This document shows, one piece after another, positions 41,794 through 52,754 of a stretch of 64,000 bases of DNA. The notes below the pieces were generated by a model. That model was not told the DNA's origin. It saw nothing but the letters and a program-made list of their open reading frames with translations, and ran no database searches. The position numbers and the translations under genes were made by a program. This DNA comes from Opitutales bacterium. GTDB taxonomy: Bacteria; Verrucomicrobiota; Verrucomicrobiia; Opitutales; Coraliomargaritaceae. The stretch is taken from assembly GCA_049598495.1 (NCBI GenBank), contig JBMYNR010000004.1:18911-82910 (forward strand), written 5' to 3'. The first letter of the stretch is position 1; each line of letters opens with the position of its first letter.

Positions 41794-43941
41794 TTATACG
41801 TCGCCCGCGAGGCGTAGTTGAATACGAAACGCGACATCACTTTCACGGCGGGCACCTTCACGGAAGGTAATCGCATAGAGGAGTTCCCATGTGCTGCCGA
41901 TGCGAGAGCGCAGGCCGATACTGAATTTTGTGAAGTCTCCGGTATCGGCGTCGAAGCGGGCATCAGTGAGGAAGGAGTAGCGCTCGTTGATTCGATAGAT
42001 AAAATCGAGGCGGTATTGGTCGATCTGTTGGTTGAGTAGATCGGTGGAGAGGCCCAATTCCCAGATTTCCCCGCTGCGCAGAGTCGTGCGAGTCCGTAGC
42101 TCATCCAGAGTGAAGGATTCGGTCTTGAAGCGACTGGCGAAGTCAAACTTAAGCCATGGCGCTGGGTTGAGTTCGAGTTCAAGCCAAGTGGCATTGAAGG
42201 TGTCCTTCTCTTCGTTATTTAATCCCCGCTCTTTTTCGAGGAGTATATCCTGGTAGAAATTAAGCGCGGCCAGTGTCTTGGATCCATAGTTCTTGGCGCG
42301 GGTTTGAAACAGATTCTCGACCCCGAGGCGAACAAGGTGGGTCTCTGGGATGTCATCAACATGACGAAGATCACTGAGATCCAACCCCGGACGATCCAGG
42401 TCGAAGACAGCGCGCTCGATGGTGGCGATTTCGTTGAGAGCATCAGGGTCGGAGAAATAGCGGTAGCGCAAGACCGTGCGCACAAGGTGGCGGAGGCCAT
42501 TGATTCCCCACGTCTTGTTGACAGTTGGGTAAGTTGCATGCGCCCGTGCTTCGAGGTTGAAACCCGCTTCGTATATCTCACGGGTGAAGCTGCCGTCGAT
42601 GTTTGCAAGGTCGCTCCGCTGGTTGTCGTATTGCGTTAACCGGGCTCCCGCCAGCGGCATCAGGGTCAGCCAGTCCCGGATTAGGATCGGCCGCTGGATT
42701 CGGTAGGTGAGATCGAATCGATCGGATTCACCTTCAGTTGTGATCACCGCGGGATTGTCATCGAAATTCTCCCGTAGTTGGGTGTAGCTCAGATGAGCCT
42801 TGTGGTAGGCACCCGTATTGAAGGCAGGAACCGGTAGGACATCGAGGCGAATTTCGGGAAGGCGCTCTTGGACGAGTTGAAACTCGTTGGGACGGAAGCG
42901 CCCGAAGGCAGATACGATCCAGTTGTTGCCTGCATAACTGGCTTCGACGAAGTTGTCCGGTTGTCGGTTATCGTTAAATACATCCTCTCGGAAATCACGG
43001 GTCACCTCGGAGTCGGACCAGTAACTGGCGACAGCGGTAGCAGTGAAGTGGTCGCCGATATTGTGTTTGTGTCGCCATTCGGCAAAACCCCGCTCCGTAT
43101 CGATAGGGTGGTTGAAGATATCCAGCCCTCGCTCCTTATCACCGCCTTTGTCGTCGATGTAACCAGCGCTGACCGCGCCTACAATTTGCTGCGTCTGAGA
43201 ATTGTATGTATATTGAGCCGTTGGACCGGCGAGGAGGCCGCGCTTCTCGTAATAATCCAAGTTGGCTCCGGCAAGAAGCCAGGATGCTACAGGGAATAGT
43301 GTTGTTGTTTGTAGGTAGACACCGAGGTCTCCGCCGGAGCCCACATCAACATCGGTGTAGTAGGGTGCGTCCGAGACATAGTGACGGTAGGCGGGTAAAT
43401 AAAAGATCGGCAGGCTTCCGATTCGAAAGGTGGCTCCATCCATTGAGACGTATTCGCCACGTGGCTCTTTGAGGTAGCGGACCTCGTTTGAGCTAACGCT
43501 GAGCCCATAGGGCCCCGGGTTTCCGTAGTAAACAGTGGCGCCGTAGATACTGGAATCTTCATTGGTGCCCCCGCCGGAAGCACCACTCACATAGTAGGGC
43601 CATTGGCCGGTTCGAAGAACGTCGACGGAGAAGATATTTTCGTTTGCATCGAAACTGAGGCGATCTGCTATAAGACGTTTGCCCTCGCGAGTGATCGCCA
43701 CGTTTCCAAGAGCATCGGCAAGAGCGAAATTCTTATAATACGTGATCCGATCTGCGCGAATCCGTGTGTTTTCTAAATCGAGTTGGGCATCTCCACGGGC
43801 GACGAGACGTTGCGAGTTTTCATCAAACTCGAGCGGTTCGATCGAACTCAACTCAGGGAGCCTCGCATTCAGCGCCGTAGAAAACCCTGTGGCGAAGGTA
43901 AGGGAGAGAAAGAGTGAGAAATTCCGGGCGTTTCGTAACAC
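41794..43941 (-). CDS. lptD: LPS-assembly protein LptD-like outer-membrane barrel
   Basis: Signal peptide, N-terminal OstA-like jellyroll (IRADRITY, ALGNV), LPIFYLP and ERLPEI motifs. Confidence 0.82.
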   Translation of the reverse strand: MLRNARNFSLFLSLTFATGFSTALNARLPELSSIEPLEFDENSQRLVARGDAQLDLENTRIRADRITYYKNFALADALGNVAITREGKRLIADRLSFDANENIFSVDVLRTGQWPYYVSGASGGGTNEDSSIYGATVYYGNPGPYGLSVSSNEVRYLKEPRGEYVSMDGATFRIGSLPIFYLPAYRHYVSDAPYYTDVDVGSGGDLGVYLQTTTLFPVASWLLAGANLDYYEKRGLLAGPTAQYTYNSQTQQIVGAVSAGYIDDKGGDKERGLDIFNHPIDTERGFAEWRHKHNIGDHFTATAVASYWSDSEVTRDFREDVFNDNRQPDNFVEASYAGNNWIVSAFGRFRPNEFQLVQERLPEIRLDVLPVPAFNTGAYHKAHLSYTQLRENFDDNPAVITTEGESDRFDLTYRIQRPILIRDWLTLMPLAGARLTQYDNQRSDLANIDGSFTREIYEAGFNLEARAHATYPTVNKTWGINGLRHLVRTVLRYRYFSDPDALNEIATIERAVFDLDRPGLDLSDLRHVDDIPETHLVRLGVENLFQTRAKNYGSKTLAALNFYQDILLEKERGLNNEEKDTFNATWLELELNPAPWLKFDFASRFKTESFTLDELRTRTTLRSGEIWELGLSTDLLNQQIDQYRLDFIYRINERYSFLTDARFDADTGDFTKFSIGLRSRIGSTWELLYAITFREGARRESDVAFRIQLRLAGDV

Positions 43942-44001
43942 GGGGCGTGACTATGGGCCTCGTGATTTCTGTGGACAAGTTCTTTTTCCGTGTGCCTCGT
44001 A

Positions 44002-45150
44002 TTAGAGGTCCCGCGCGCCGATATACACACGAGGGACGCGTTTTGTAACGGAGCAAAGGGTTTCCCAGGGGATCGTGCCCGCGAGACGGCTGAATTCAGT
44101 GGTCGTGATCGCCCGCTCCCCGGCCTTTCCGATTAAGACGACGTGCCCGCCAGGTTCAACGGAAGGGCAGTCCGTGACGTCTACAATGGTCTGATCCATC
44201 GTGACCCGGCCAAGGATCGGGCAGCGATGGTTATCAATCAATACTTCGCCGCGGCCGCTTAAGCCAATCGGGATACCGTCTCCGTAGCCCGCTGTTAATA
44301 TAGCGATTCTCGAGTCACGTTTCAGGGTATGCGTTCTGCCGTAGCTGATATGCGTGCCTGCCGGTAGATCCTTGAGTAGGCCGATTCGGGTGTGGAAGCT
44401 GAAGATCGGTTCGACACGCGCACGACCTAGAATGGAATCCGGGTAGGGTGTGACTCCAAATTGAAGGAGCCCGATGCGAACAGCATTGAAAGGACTTTTA
44501 TCGCTGAGTGTTTCGATTCCGGCGGAATTATCGGCATGAACAATGAGCTCACCGTGTAATTTTTGGGCATAATCGAGTACTTGAATGAAGCGTTGTCGTT
44601 GTAGGTCCGTAAATACGCGGTCGGTATCCGCACTGGAAAAGTGAGTGTAGATGCCCTCCAGCTGGATTGCATCCATTTTCGCAATTGCTTCGATCAACGC
44701 CGTCGCGTGCTCATGCCAGACACCAAGCCGTCCCATGCCCGTGTCGATTTTTAGGTGAATTTTGATTTGCTTCTCATGAGTGGTCGCCATTCGCCCGAGG
44801 CGATGGCATTCTTCCATCGTGCTTACCGTAGGGGTAAGATCGTGCTCGAATACTAAGCGGTCTTCCTCTGGGAGGAGAGGGCTTAGTAGCAGGATCGGCC
44901 AACCGGCACCCATGTGTCGTATGTCTGTGGCCTCGGCAACATTTGCCACAGCGAAATAGTCGACGCCACTTTGCATGAGGCGTCGCACGATCGGCGCCAT
45001 CCCATGGCCGTAGGCGTCGGCCTTGACGACCGCCATGTAGCGCATTCGCGCCGGAAGCGCAGATTGAATATGCTTAAGATTCCTCTCGAAGGTTGCGAGG
45101 TCGATCTCCGCCCAGCAGCGTAGTGGCGTGCCTGTTGCTTCCTTGCTTAT
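44002..45150 (-). CDS. alr: Alanine racemase; the true start appears to be upstream of the first ATG (ATA 45150 or ATT 45153)
   Basis: [26 protein letters not shown] and GRVTMD motifs. The conserved [15 protein letters not shown] lies in frame upstream of ATG 45045. Confidence 0.9.
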   Translation of the reverse strand: MSKEATGTPLRCWAEIDLATFERNLKHIQSALPARMRYMAVVKADAYGHGMAPIVRRLMQSGVDYFAVANVAEATDIRHMGAGWPILLLSPLLPEEDRLVFEHDLTPTVSTMEECHRLGRMATTHEKQIKIHLKIDTGMGRLGVWHEHATALIEAIAKMDAIQLEGIYTHFSSADTDRVFTDLQRQRFIQVLDYAQKLHGELIVHADNSAGIETLSDKSPFNAVRIGLLQFGVTPYPDSILGRARVEPIFSFHTRIGLLKDLPAGTHISYGRTHTLKRDSRIAILTAGYGDGIPIGLSGRGEVLIDNHRCPILGRVTMDQTIVDVTDCPSVEPGGHVVLIGKAGERAITTTEFSRLAGTIPWETLCSVTKRVPRVYIGARDL

Positions 45151-45169
45151 AATTTGCCCGGTTCGAAAT

Positions 45170-45850
45170 TTATGGTGCCGCGCGGTGGCGTGTAGGTATC
45201 CATTTTTGGAAGGTGTTGATGCCGCTGTTGTAGAGTTCGATCTGCCCGGTAGATTTCAAGAGGCTCGGCATCGTGAGTATCCTATTGAGCGTGCATGGTT
45301 TGTAGCTGAGTTCAATCGCGCCCTGGGGCGGTGCCTGCCAACCCTTCCTCTGCGGGAGATGGTAGAGAGGGCGTTCTGATGTTGCCAGAGAGGCCTCGTC
45401 GACGACCTCGATTGGAGCCATCTTGCCGTTTGTGATCGAGATCGAATTCCAGGCCCCCTTCTTCCAGTCGGCGACGATGAGTGCCTCATCGATATCGGGT
45501 GCTTCAACCAGGAGGTTGGCGGCCGCTAGGTGCAAACTGTTATAGCTGAAAAGATTGGCTGAATCCGGAAAGAGGCGAGTCCATGTCTCGATGGCCATCG
45601 CACAGAGTCGGAGGCCCAGAATCGAGCCCGGTCCCTCACAATACAGGAAGCTTCGGATGTCGGCGAACTGCAGTCCTGCTTGCTGAAGACTGTCTTCGAC
45701 ACTTGGGAACAGACCCTCGAGGGCGGGGACGTCCAGCTCTGATTTTGCCAGCCACTCGCCCCTCGCGCCAAGCACAGCTGTGAAGATCGAAGTGCCCGAG
45801 CCGTCAACGACCAGTGCCGGGAAATGAACTGTGTTCTCTTCGGTGCTCAC
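45170..45850 (-). CDS. tsaB: tRNA t6A biosynthesis protein TsaB-like
   Basis: LVVDGS and [11 protein letters not shown] motifs. Confidence 0.8.
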   Translation of the reverse strand: MSTEENTVHFPALVVDGSGTSIFTAVLGARGEWLAKSELDVPALEGLFPSVEDSLQQAGLQFADIRSFLYCEGPGSILGLRLCAMAIETWTRLFPDSANLFSYNSLHLAAANLLVEAPDIDEALIVADWKKGAWNSISITNGKMAPIEVVDEASLATSERPLYHLPQRKGWQAPPQGAIELSYKPCTLNRILTMPSLLKSTGQIELYNSGINTFQKWIPTRHRAAP

Positions 45851-46248
45851 GTGAAAGACGGGGTCTCTTTAAAATGTGTTATATGAGTTCTCTTGCTATG
45901 ACCTTATACGACTGTAAAGCACAGGTGTATTCGGCATAGTAGAGAGTGGATTTTATAGATACGATAGGTCCGCCTCCAGTCTCGTTGGAGGTAGCAGGTA
46001 TGTTTCGCGATACATTCCTCGATATTTCTCATATGCTTCAGTGGTAAATAGGCCGCCTGTTGCCGTTTTAGGCCGCCTGTTGCCGTTTTCGGCTGTGGAT
46101 TCCACGCTGTGGTAGAAGCCAGCCAAGGCGAAGTGTAATAGGAGTTTCATGTATGCTGTAAGGTGAATTTTCGAACTGTTTGGATGATTTGCTTTGTTTC
46201 GGTCGAGGCAAGACAAAGCCTTTTTAAAAGCATCTGAACGGTCGGGCG

Positions 46249-46264
46249 TGGTAAGAGTCTTGCA
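46249..46264 (+). promoter_or_regulatory. Putative sigma-54 promoter of glgB
   Basis: TGGTAAGAGTCTTGCA: GG(46250-51)-N10-GC(46262-63), about 32 bp upstream of GTG 46296. Confidence 0.6.
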
Positions 46265-46295
46265 TGTTGGCAATGATTGTCTTCACATTCAAATC

Positions 46296-48506
46296 GTGAA
46301 AATTACTGAAAAGGAGACCGAAGCGATTACATCGGCAAGATGTGCTAACCCGCACGGCATCCTCGGGATGCATCTCCATAAGAAAGGGAAGAAGGGCTGC
46401 CTAATTGCACGGGCCTTCCTTGATGATGCTAAGAGTTGCGAGTTGGTCGATGTTACGAATGCCGATGCACCTCGCTATAAAATGAAGCGTTTGACCGAGG
46501 ATGGTCTCTTTGAGGGAGTGATCGAAGATCGCAGCGAGGTTTTTAAATACCGCCTTCGCATCGAGCGTTATAATGGCGAGATTCGCCAGTTCTACGATCC
46601 CTACAGTTTTCTGCCTACTCTGTCGGAAGAGGATGTGTATCTCTTCAGTGAGGGGAGTGACCACTTCGTTCATCACAAGCTTGGTGCGCATATCAAGACG
46701 ATCGACGGAATCGTGGGCGTAGCCTTCGCGGTTTGGGCACCCAATGCTATGAGGGTCTCTGTGGTCGGTGAGTTTAATCATTGGGACGGACGCTACCATC
46801 CGATGCGCAGTCTTGGGGCCTCCGGTATTTGGGAGGTTTTCATACCTGGCTTGGAAGCCGGAATGAAATACAAATACGAGATCGGTTCGCGTCAGGGCTT
46901 CCCGCTATTAAAGACGGATCCCTACGGGACGTATTTTGAGGCGCCGCCCTATAACGCATCGATTATTACTCCAGTCGATGATTACCAGTGGAACGACGCC
47001 GACTGGATAGAAGCCCGCTCTTCGACGGATTGGGTGAACCAGCCTATCTCCATTTACGAAATGCACCTTGGCTCATGGAAATCTGTGGTCGAGGATGCGG
47101 CTCGTCCGCTCAGTTACCGGGAAATGGCCAACGAGTTGGTCGAATACCTCAAGAGCATGCATTATACGCATGTCGAGTTCATGCCTTTGTCCGAGCATCC
47201 CTTTGCGGGCTCTTGGGGTTATCAGGTCACGGGATTCTTCGCGCCGACTCACCGTTTTGGTTCGCCGGATGATTTTAAGTTTCTCGTCGATACTCTGCAC
47301 CAAAATGGAATCGGTGTGATTATGGACTGGGTTCCGGCTCACTTTCCGACCGATAGTTTTGCCCTGGCACAGTTCGATGGAACCGCGCTCTACGAACACG
47401 CAGATCCTCGTCAGGGCTTTCACCAGGATTGGGGTACACTGATTTTTAACTATGGGCGTAATGAGGTGCGCGGCTTCCTGATTGCATCGGCCATTGCCTG
47501 GGCGGAGCGGTATCACATAGATGGTTTGCGGGTCGATGCAGTTGCATCCATGCTGTATCTTGACTACTCTCGTAAGGAGGGCGAATGGATTCCAAACCAG
47601 CATGGCGGCCGTGAAAATTTGGAAGCAATTGATTTTCTGCGCGCGACCAACGACCTCATGCATAAGTATTTTCCGGGCACATTGATGATTGCCGAGGAGT
47701 CTACTGCTTTCCCGGGGGTGACACAGCCGACTTCGGAAGGGGGGCTTGGTTTCGATATCAAATGGAACATGGGCTGGATGCATGATACACTCGAATATTT
47801 CCGAAAGGATCCCATTTATCGGAAGTATGAGCACCACCAGCTCTCATTTGGCATGCTCTATCAGTATTCCGAGAATTTCACACAGGTCTTCTCGCACGAC
47901 GAGATTGTTCATGGTAAGCAGTCGATGTTAATGAAAATGCCGGGTGAGCCGATTTCGAACAAGGCGCATCAGCTTCGTCTCCTTTATGGATTGATGTGGA
48001 TGTGGCCGGGGAAAAAGACCCTATTTATGGGCAGTGACTTTGGCCAGTCCGCGGAGTGGAACTACAACAAGAGTCTGGACTGGCACCTGTTGCAGTATCT
48101 CGATCATGAAGGTGTCCAAATGGTCGTTCGTGATCTCAACAAAATCTACCAGGAGATTCCCGGTCTTGGGCAGAGCGACAATTCTCCGGACGGTTTCGAG
48201 TGGATCAACTGCACGGATGCCGACAACAGCGTGCTTTCATTTTTGCGCAAGGGCCGCGTGATCACAGATGATGTGGCTGCGGTGGGTAATTTCACTCCTG
48301 TGTTGCGGGAAGGTTTTCGGGTCGGCGTGCCGCACGCTGGTTTTTGGAAAGAGATTTTGAACACAGATGCCAAGGAGTATGGTGGTCTCGGATTTGGCAA
48401 CAACGGTGGTGCTGTTGCCGAATCGGTGGAGTGGGATGGACGTCCGTATTCGATCAAGTTGGATCTACCTCCACAGTCGATGAGCGTATTTCGTTTTCAG
48501 GGTTAG
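46296..48506 (+). CDS. glgB: 1,4-alpha-glucan branching enzyme
   Basis: FAVWAPNA, SWGYQVTG, DGLRVDAVASM, IAEEST and SHDEIVHGK motifs. Confidence 0.98.
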   Translation: MKITEKETEAITSARCANPHGILGMHLHKKGKKGCLIARAFLDDAKSCELVDVTNADAPRYKMKRLTEDGLFEGVIEDRSEVFKYRLRIERYNGEIRQFYDPYSFLPTLSEEDVYLFSEGSDHFVHHKLGAHIKTIDGIVGVAFAVWAPNAMRVSVVGEFNHWDGRYHPMRSLGASGIWEVFIPGLEAGMKYKYEIGSRQGFPLLKTDPYGTYFEAPPYNASIITPVDDYQWNDADWIEARSSTDWVNQPISIYEMHLGSWKSVVEDAARPLSYREMANELVEYLKSMHYTHVEFMPLSEHPFAGSWGYQVTGFFAPTHRFGSPDDFKFLVDTLHQNGIGVIMDWVPAHFPTDSFALAQFDGTALYEHADPRQGFHQDWGTLIFNYGRNEVRGFLIASAIAWAERYHIDGLRVDAVASMLYLDYSRKEGEWIPNQHGGRENLEAIDFLRATNDLMHKYFPGTLMIAEESTAFPGVTQPTSEGGLGFDIKWNMGWMHDTLEYFRKDPIYRKYEHHQLSFGMLYQYSENFTQVFSHDEIVHGKQSMLMKMPGEPISNKAHQLRLLYGLMWMWPGKKTLFMGSDFGQSAEWNYNKSLDWHLLQYLDHEGVQMVVRDLNKIYQEIPGLGQSDNSPDGFEWINCTDADNSVLSFLRKGRVITDDVAAVGNFTPVLREGFRVGVPHAGFWKEILNTDAKEYGGLGFGNNGGAVAESVEWDGRPYSIKLDLPPQSMSVFRFQG

Positions 48507-48512
48507 GAGCGC

Positions 48513-48725
48513 ATGACGGAGTCGAATGCAGCCCTGGAGACGCGAATTGCCTACCTTGAGAAGCACATCGAGGAGCAGGATGCGGAGATTTTCCAGTTGG
48601 CGAAGCGGATTGATCAGCTCGTCCAGCTCGCCAAGGATCAAAAAGCCCAGTTGGCAGCTATGGCAGAATTGAATTCGCAGTCGGCTGGGGAACTACCGGC
48701 TGATGAGAGGCCGCCGCATTATTAG
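48513..48725 (+). CDS. slyX: SlyX family protein
   Basis: LETRIAYLE coiled coil and C-terminal DERPPHY. Confidence 0.9.
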   Translation: MTESNAALETRIAYLEKHIEEQDAEIFQLAKRIDQLVQLAKDQKAQLAAMAELNSQSAGELPADERPPHY

Positions 48726-48773
48726 GCCGTCCAAAGTTGTCATTGCCTTATTTTTCGTTCTACTCCTTGCATC

Positions 48774-49607
48774 ATGAATTGGAAAAAGGTTCGGGAGTTT
48801 AATGATATAATCTATGAGAAATGCGATGGGGTCGCCAAGGTGACGATCAATCGCCCGCACCGTCGTAACGCCTTTACCCCGGATACGGTGGCCGAGATGA
48901 TTGAAGCCTTTTCCGATGCGAAGGATGACACGACGATTGGGGTCGTTCTTCTTACCGGATTCAACCCCCAGACCGATGGTAAATTTGCGTTTTGCGCAGG
49001 AGGTGACCAGAAGATACGTGGTCACAAGGCAGGTGGCTATGTGGGTAAGGATGGGGTTCCGCGGCTCAATGTCTTGGATCTGCAGAAGCTGATTCGCTCC
49101 ATGCCAAAGGTGGTCATCGCCCTTGTGGCCGGTTACGCGATTGGTGGGGGACATGTTCTTCATGTTGTTTGTGATATGACAATTGCGGCCGATAATGCGC
49201 TCTTCGGCCAGACGGGGCCGAAAGTGGGCAGTTTCGACGGAGGTTTTGGGTCCAGTTATCTCGCCCGAATTGTGGGCCAGAAAAAGGCGCGCGAGATTTG
49301 GTATTTGTGCCGCCAATACAATGCGCAGGAAGCCCTTGAGATGGGCTTGGTCAATAAGGTCGTTCCCTATGAGGAACTCGAGAGGGAGGGGGTCCAATGG
49401 GCGCAGGAAATCCTGCAACACAGTCCACTTTCGATTCGTTGCCTGAAAGCGGCCTTCAATGCGGATGTTGACGGCCAGCAGGGTCTGCAGGAGCTCGCGG
49501 GCAATGCAACACTGCTCTATTACCTCACTGAAGAAGGTGAGGAAGGGCGGAAGGCGTGGAACGAGAAGAGAGCGCCCGAATACAAAAAATACCCATGGCT
49601 GCCCTAA
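48774..49607 (+). CDS. menB: 1,4-dihydroxy-2-naphthoyl-CoA synthase
   Basis: [20 protein letters not shown] and [14 protein letters not shown] motifs. Confidence 0.97.
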   Translation: MNWKKVREFNDIIYEKCDGVAKVTINRPHRRNAFTPDTVAEMIEAFSDAKDDTTIGVVLLTGFNPQTDGKFAFCAGGDQKIRGHKAGGYVGKDGVPRLNVLDLQKLIRSMPKVVIALVAGYAIGGGHVLHVVCDMTIAADNALFGQTGPKVGSFDGGFGSSYLARIVGQKKAREIWYLCRQYNAQEALEMGLVNKVVPYEELEREGVQWAQEILQHSPLSIRCLKAAFNADVDGQQGLQELAGNATLLYYLTEEGEEGRKAWNEKRAPEYKKYPWLP

Positions 49608-51076
49608 AGCGTTTTTTTCTCTGTCTATATTTTTTGCTGGTTTTTGTCATTGGCTCTGCCTGCTCACTGGCCGATGAACCTGAGTCGGTTCGTTTCACCG
49701 TTGTGACCTACAATGTGGAGAACCTATTCGATGCGGATGGTGTTGCCATGTTTGACGACTACAAGCCGAGGGGCTACACACGGGCCAAGTTTTACACCAA
49801 GCTGAAGAACACCACACGTGTGCTCCGGACGATTAATCAAGGCGCCGGACCCGAGATCATTCTCTTTCAAGAGTTGGAGGCCGATGTGACGCCGGACTCG
49901 ACGGTTGAGGATTATGCTGCCTTTCTCGAAAGTTATAAAGGCACCACCGTGGAGGCGATGCTTGGAGCCGAGTGGTCGGATGAGTATGCGGGCTACCCCG
50001 CGTCGGCCTGGCTTTTGAAGACACTGTCCGATTTCGGCCTCAAAGACTATGAGGTGGCGACGGTTCCATCTCGGGGTCTCGACTCGGGCATCGCGCACAC
50101 CAATGCGGTCTATTCCAGGTTCCCGATTCGTTCGGTGAGTATCCACCCACTTGTAGAGGCGCGCGACATTCTTGAAGCGGAGCTCGATGTGGCAGGCCAT
50201 CCGTTGCATGTGTATGTGAATCACTGGAAATCAGGCGCCTCAAATCCGCAACGTGAGCCCATTCGGGTGGAGAACGCCCGCGTGCTACGTGCCCTGCTCG
50301 ACGCCCGCCTAGCGGAAGACCCCAATGCCGATATTCTTGTCGCGGGGGATCTTAACGCCCATTATAACCAGTCCATGCTCTTTCCCGATATTGAGACTGG
50401 GATCAACGACATCCTTGGTTCGGCAGGGGCTGAAGATTTTAGCGAGAGCGACCTCTATAACCTCTGGTTTGAGCTTCCGCCGGAAGAGCGTTACAGCGAA
50501 GTCTGGCGGGGGCGCCGAGGAAGCCTCATGCATCAGCTTATCACTCAGGGACTCTATGATGATTCGGGTATTAGCTACGTGGACGGGAGTTTTGACAAGC
50601 TTGTGATCAAAGGTCTGAACGCGGATGCAATCGGTCGACCGATTGATTGGAACCCATGGGGTGACGTGGGTAGTGGCTTTTCGGATCATTTCCCACTGGT
50701 GGCGAGGTTTCAGCTCGGTCCGTTTGAAGCAAAGGGAGCTTTAAGTAAGGGGAGCGATATGCCCAGTATTGAGATGCCCCTCCGCTATGCCGAGTTTGCA
50801 TCCGAGCTTACGCTTGAAGACGGTGGCTTCCTATCGGAACTTGAAGACGCAGAGCTGGCCCAACATATGGGGCAAATATTCTCGATAAGCGGGAAAATCT
50901 CCCCGCGTCGACCGACGAGCCTGCTTGTGAATGGGAAGGAGTGGCCAGTCTATCTCCCGGATCCGGCGCTTCGAAAATTTTTCTTTCGTTTGGCAACCGG
51001 TTCTCGGGTCGAGGTGGTGGCCACTTTGGGGACTTATCGAGGCAAGGCGCAATTAGTGATTGAAGCGATGAATTAA
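49595..51076 (+). CDS. Exported endonuclease/exonuclease/phosphatase family protein
   Basis: [19 protein letters not shown] and SDHFP motifs; signal peptide. Confidence 0.9.
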   Translation: MAALKRFFLCLYFLLVFVIGSACSLADEPESVRFTVVTYNVENLFDADGVAMFDDYKPRGYTRAKFYTKLKNTTRVLRTINQGAGPEIILFQELEADVTPDSTVEDYAAFLESYKGTTVEAMLGAEWSDEYAGYPASAWLLKTLSDFGLKDYEVATVPSRGLDSGIAHTNAVYSRFPIRSVSIHPLVEARDILEAELDVAGHPLHVYVNHWKSGASNPQREPIRVENARVLRALLDARLAEDPNADILVAGDLNAHYNQSMLFPDIETGINDILGSAGAEDFSESDLYNLWFELPPEERYSEVWRGRRGSLMHQLITQGLYDDSGISYVDGSFDKLVIKGLNADAIGRPIDWNPWGDVGSGFSDHFPLVARFQLGPFEAKGALSKGSDMPSIEMPLRYAEFASELTLEDGGFLSELEDAELAQHMGQIFSISGKISPRRPTSLLVNGKEWPVYLPDPALRKFFFRLATGSRVEVVATLGTYRGKAQLVIEAMN

Positions 51077-51125
51077 TCCCGCGCTTGCGCCTCCTCGGGA
51101 AATCTCCCAACTTCTTCCGTTTTCC

Positions 51126-52661
51126 ATGAGTAAGAAGTTCTATATCACCACCGCAATCGACTACGCCAACGGCTCGCCGCACCTCGGGCATGCCTATGAA
51201 AAAGTGCTGACGGATATCGTCGCCCGCTTTCGTCGAATGGTGGGCGATGATGTCAAATTCCTTACGGGGCTCGATGAACATGGTCAGAAGGTTCAAATGT
51301 CGGCTCAGAACGAGGGCGTTCCACCAATTGAAGTCTGCGATCGTCTCGCAGTTGAATTTCAAGGACTCTGCAAGGCATTGAATATTTCCAACGACGATTA
51401 CATTCGCACCACGCAAGCGCGTCATAAGAAGGTCGTTCAGGAAATTCTCCAGAAGCTTTATGATAAGGGTGAAATCTATAAGGCCGACTACAATGGCTAT
51501 TACAGTGTCCGTCAGGAACAATTTGTGACTGAGAAGGAGAAGATCGACGGTAAATGGCCGGAGATCTACGGAGAGGTCGTCGAAGTCACCGAGAGCAACT
51601 ATTTCTTCAAGCTGGCGCAGTATCAGGATTGGTTGGTTGAAACGATCAAGAGTAACGAGCAGATGATATACCCGCGCTTCCGCAGCGCCGACGTGCTCCA
51701 GTTCCTCAAGGAGCCGCTCAATGATCTCTGTATTTCTCGCCCAAAGGAGCGTTTGGAGTGGGGGATCGAACTGCCTTTCGATGAGGGCTTCGTCACTTAT
51801 GTTTGGTTTGATGCGCTGACCAACTATATCACGGCAGCCGGTTACGGTAGCGATGAATTCGCTGAACATTGGCCGGCGGACTACCATGTCATTGGGAAGG
51901 ATATTCTTGTGCCGCCACACGCCGTCTACTGGCCCATCATGCTCAAGGCGCTGGATATTGAGCTGCCAAAGCATTTTCTTGTCCACGGTTGGTGGTTGAG
52001 TTCGGGCAGCAAGATGTCCAAGAGCACGGGTGACGTGGTCAACCCACTCGACCTGATCGAACAGTTTGGCGCCGATGCCTTCCGCTACTTCGTGACGCGC
52101 GAAATGAATGTCGGGCAGGACTCAGAGTTCTCCCTGGACTTGTTCATGAGCCGCTACAATAGCGATCTGGCCAACGATTTAGGTAACCTTGTCAGTCGAC
52201 TGCTCAATATGGGCGGACGCTATACCGAGGGTGAGGTGCCGGCTGCGGAGATCGAGGAGGCGCCCGAAAAGGAACTCAAGCAGCTCTGGACGGATACGCA
52301 AAAAGAGCTCCTGCCACTTTTTGAGGACTTCCAGTTCCATAAGGCGCTCGATCGCATCTTTACATTTGTTTCCGGAATCAACCGCTATGCGGAGACACGC
52401 GCGCCCTGGAAACTGGCCAAATCGGATGCGCCTGAAGATCAGGTCGCACTGCGCACCTCGCTTGCGACTATGGCCGAGGCACTGCGCCTTGCGGTGGTGC
52501 TGCTGACCCCGGTCATGCCTGAAATCTCCTCTAAGATCCGCGCCCTCGTTGGGGCTGAGGATTTTGAACTCCTCGATGGCCAACTCGAGTGGGGCCACTC
52601 ACTCGATGGTAAATCGCTCGGCGAAAAGACCATTCTCTTTCCGCGGCCTGAGCGGAAGTAG
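51126..52661 (+). CDS. metG: Methionyl-tRNA synthetase (short form, no C-terminal tRNA-binding domain)
   Basis: HLGH, YVWFDAL and KMSKS motifs. Confidence 0.98.
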   Translation: MSKKFYITTAIDYANGSPHLGHAYEKVLTDIVARFRRMVGDDVKFLTGLDEHGQKVQMSAQNEGVPPIEVCDRLAVEFQGLCKALNISNDDYIRTTQARHKKVVQEILQKLYDKGEIYKADYNGYYSVRQEQFVTEKEKIDGKWPEIYGEVVEVTESNYFFKLAQYQDWLVETIKSNEQMIYPRFRSADVLQFLKEPLNDLCISRPKERLEWGIELPFDEGFVTYVWFDALTNYITAAGYGSDEFAEHWPADYHVIGKDILVPPHAVYWPIMLKALDIELPKHFLVHGWWLSSGSKMSKSTGDVVNPLDLIEQFGADAFRYFVTREMNVGQDSEFSLDLFMSRYNSDLANDLGNLVSRLLNMGGRYTEGEVPAAEIEEAPEKELKQLWTDTQKELLPLFEDFQFHKALDRIFTFVSGINRYAETRAPWKLAKSDAPEDQVALRTSLATMAEALRLAVVLLTPVMPEISSKIRALVGAEDFELLDGQLEWGHSLDGKSLGEKTILFPRPERK

Positions 52662-52701
52662 GTGATCGACGTGCCCGAGCAAAAAAAAAAAGGGCCGCTC
52701 C

Positions 52702-52754
52702 AACTGATAGGAATTTGCTTTTTGGCGGCGTCAGCCGTCGGGGGTTAGGGTTGA
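52702..52754. mobile_element. 53-bp oriIS-like (IS91-family-like) mini-element, copy 1
   Basis: AACTGATAGGAATTTGCTTTTTGGCGGCGTCAGCCGTCGGGGGTTAGGGTTGA; 49/53 identical to 63550-63602; truncates the Zn-dehydrogenase gene. Confidence 0.7.

Noticed and set aside
52702..52754. 53-bp repeat as an integron attC site or as attL/attR of an integrative element
   Set aside because: It has AAC...GTT ends but is short and lacks the long attC palindrome. It does not duplicate the metG 3' end or a tRNA, and no integrase is present.
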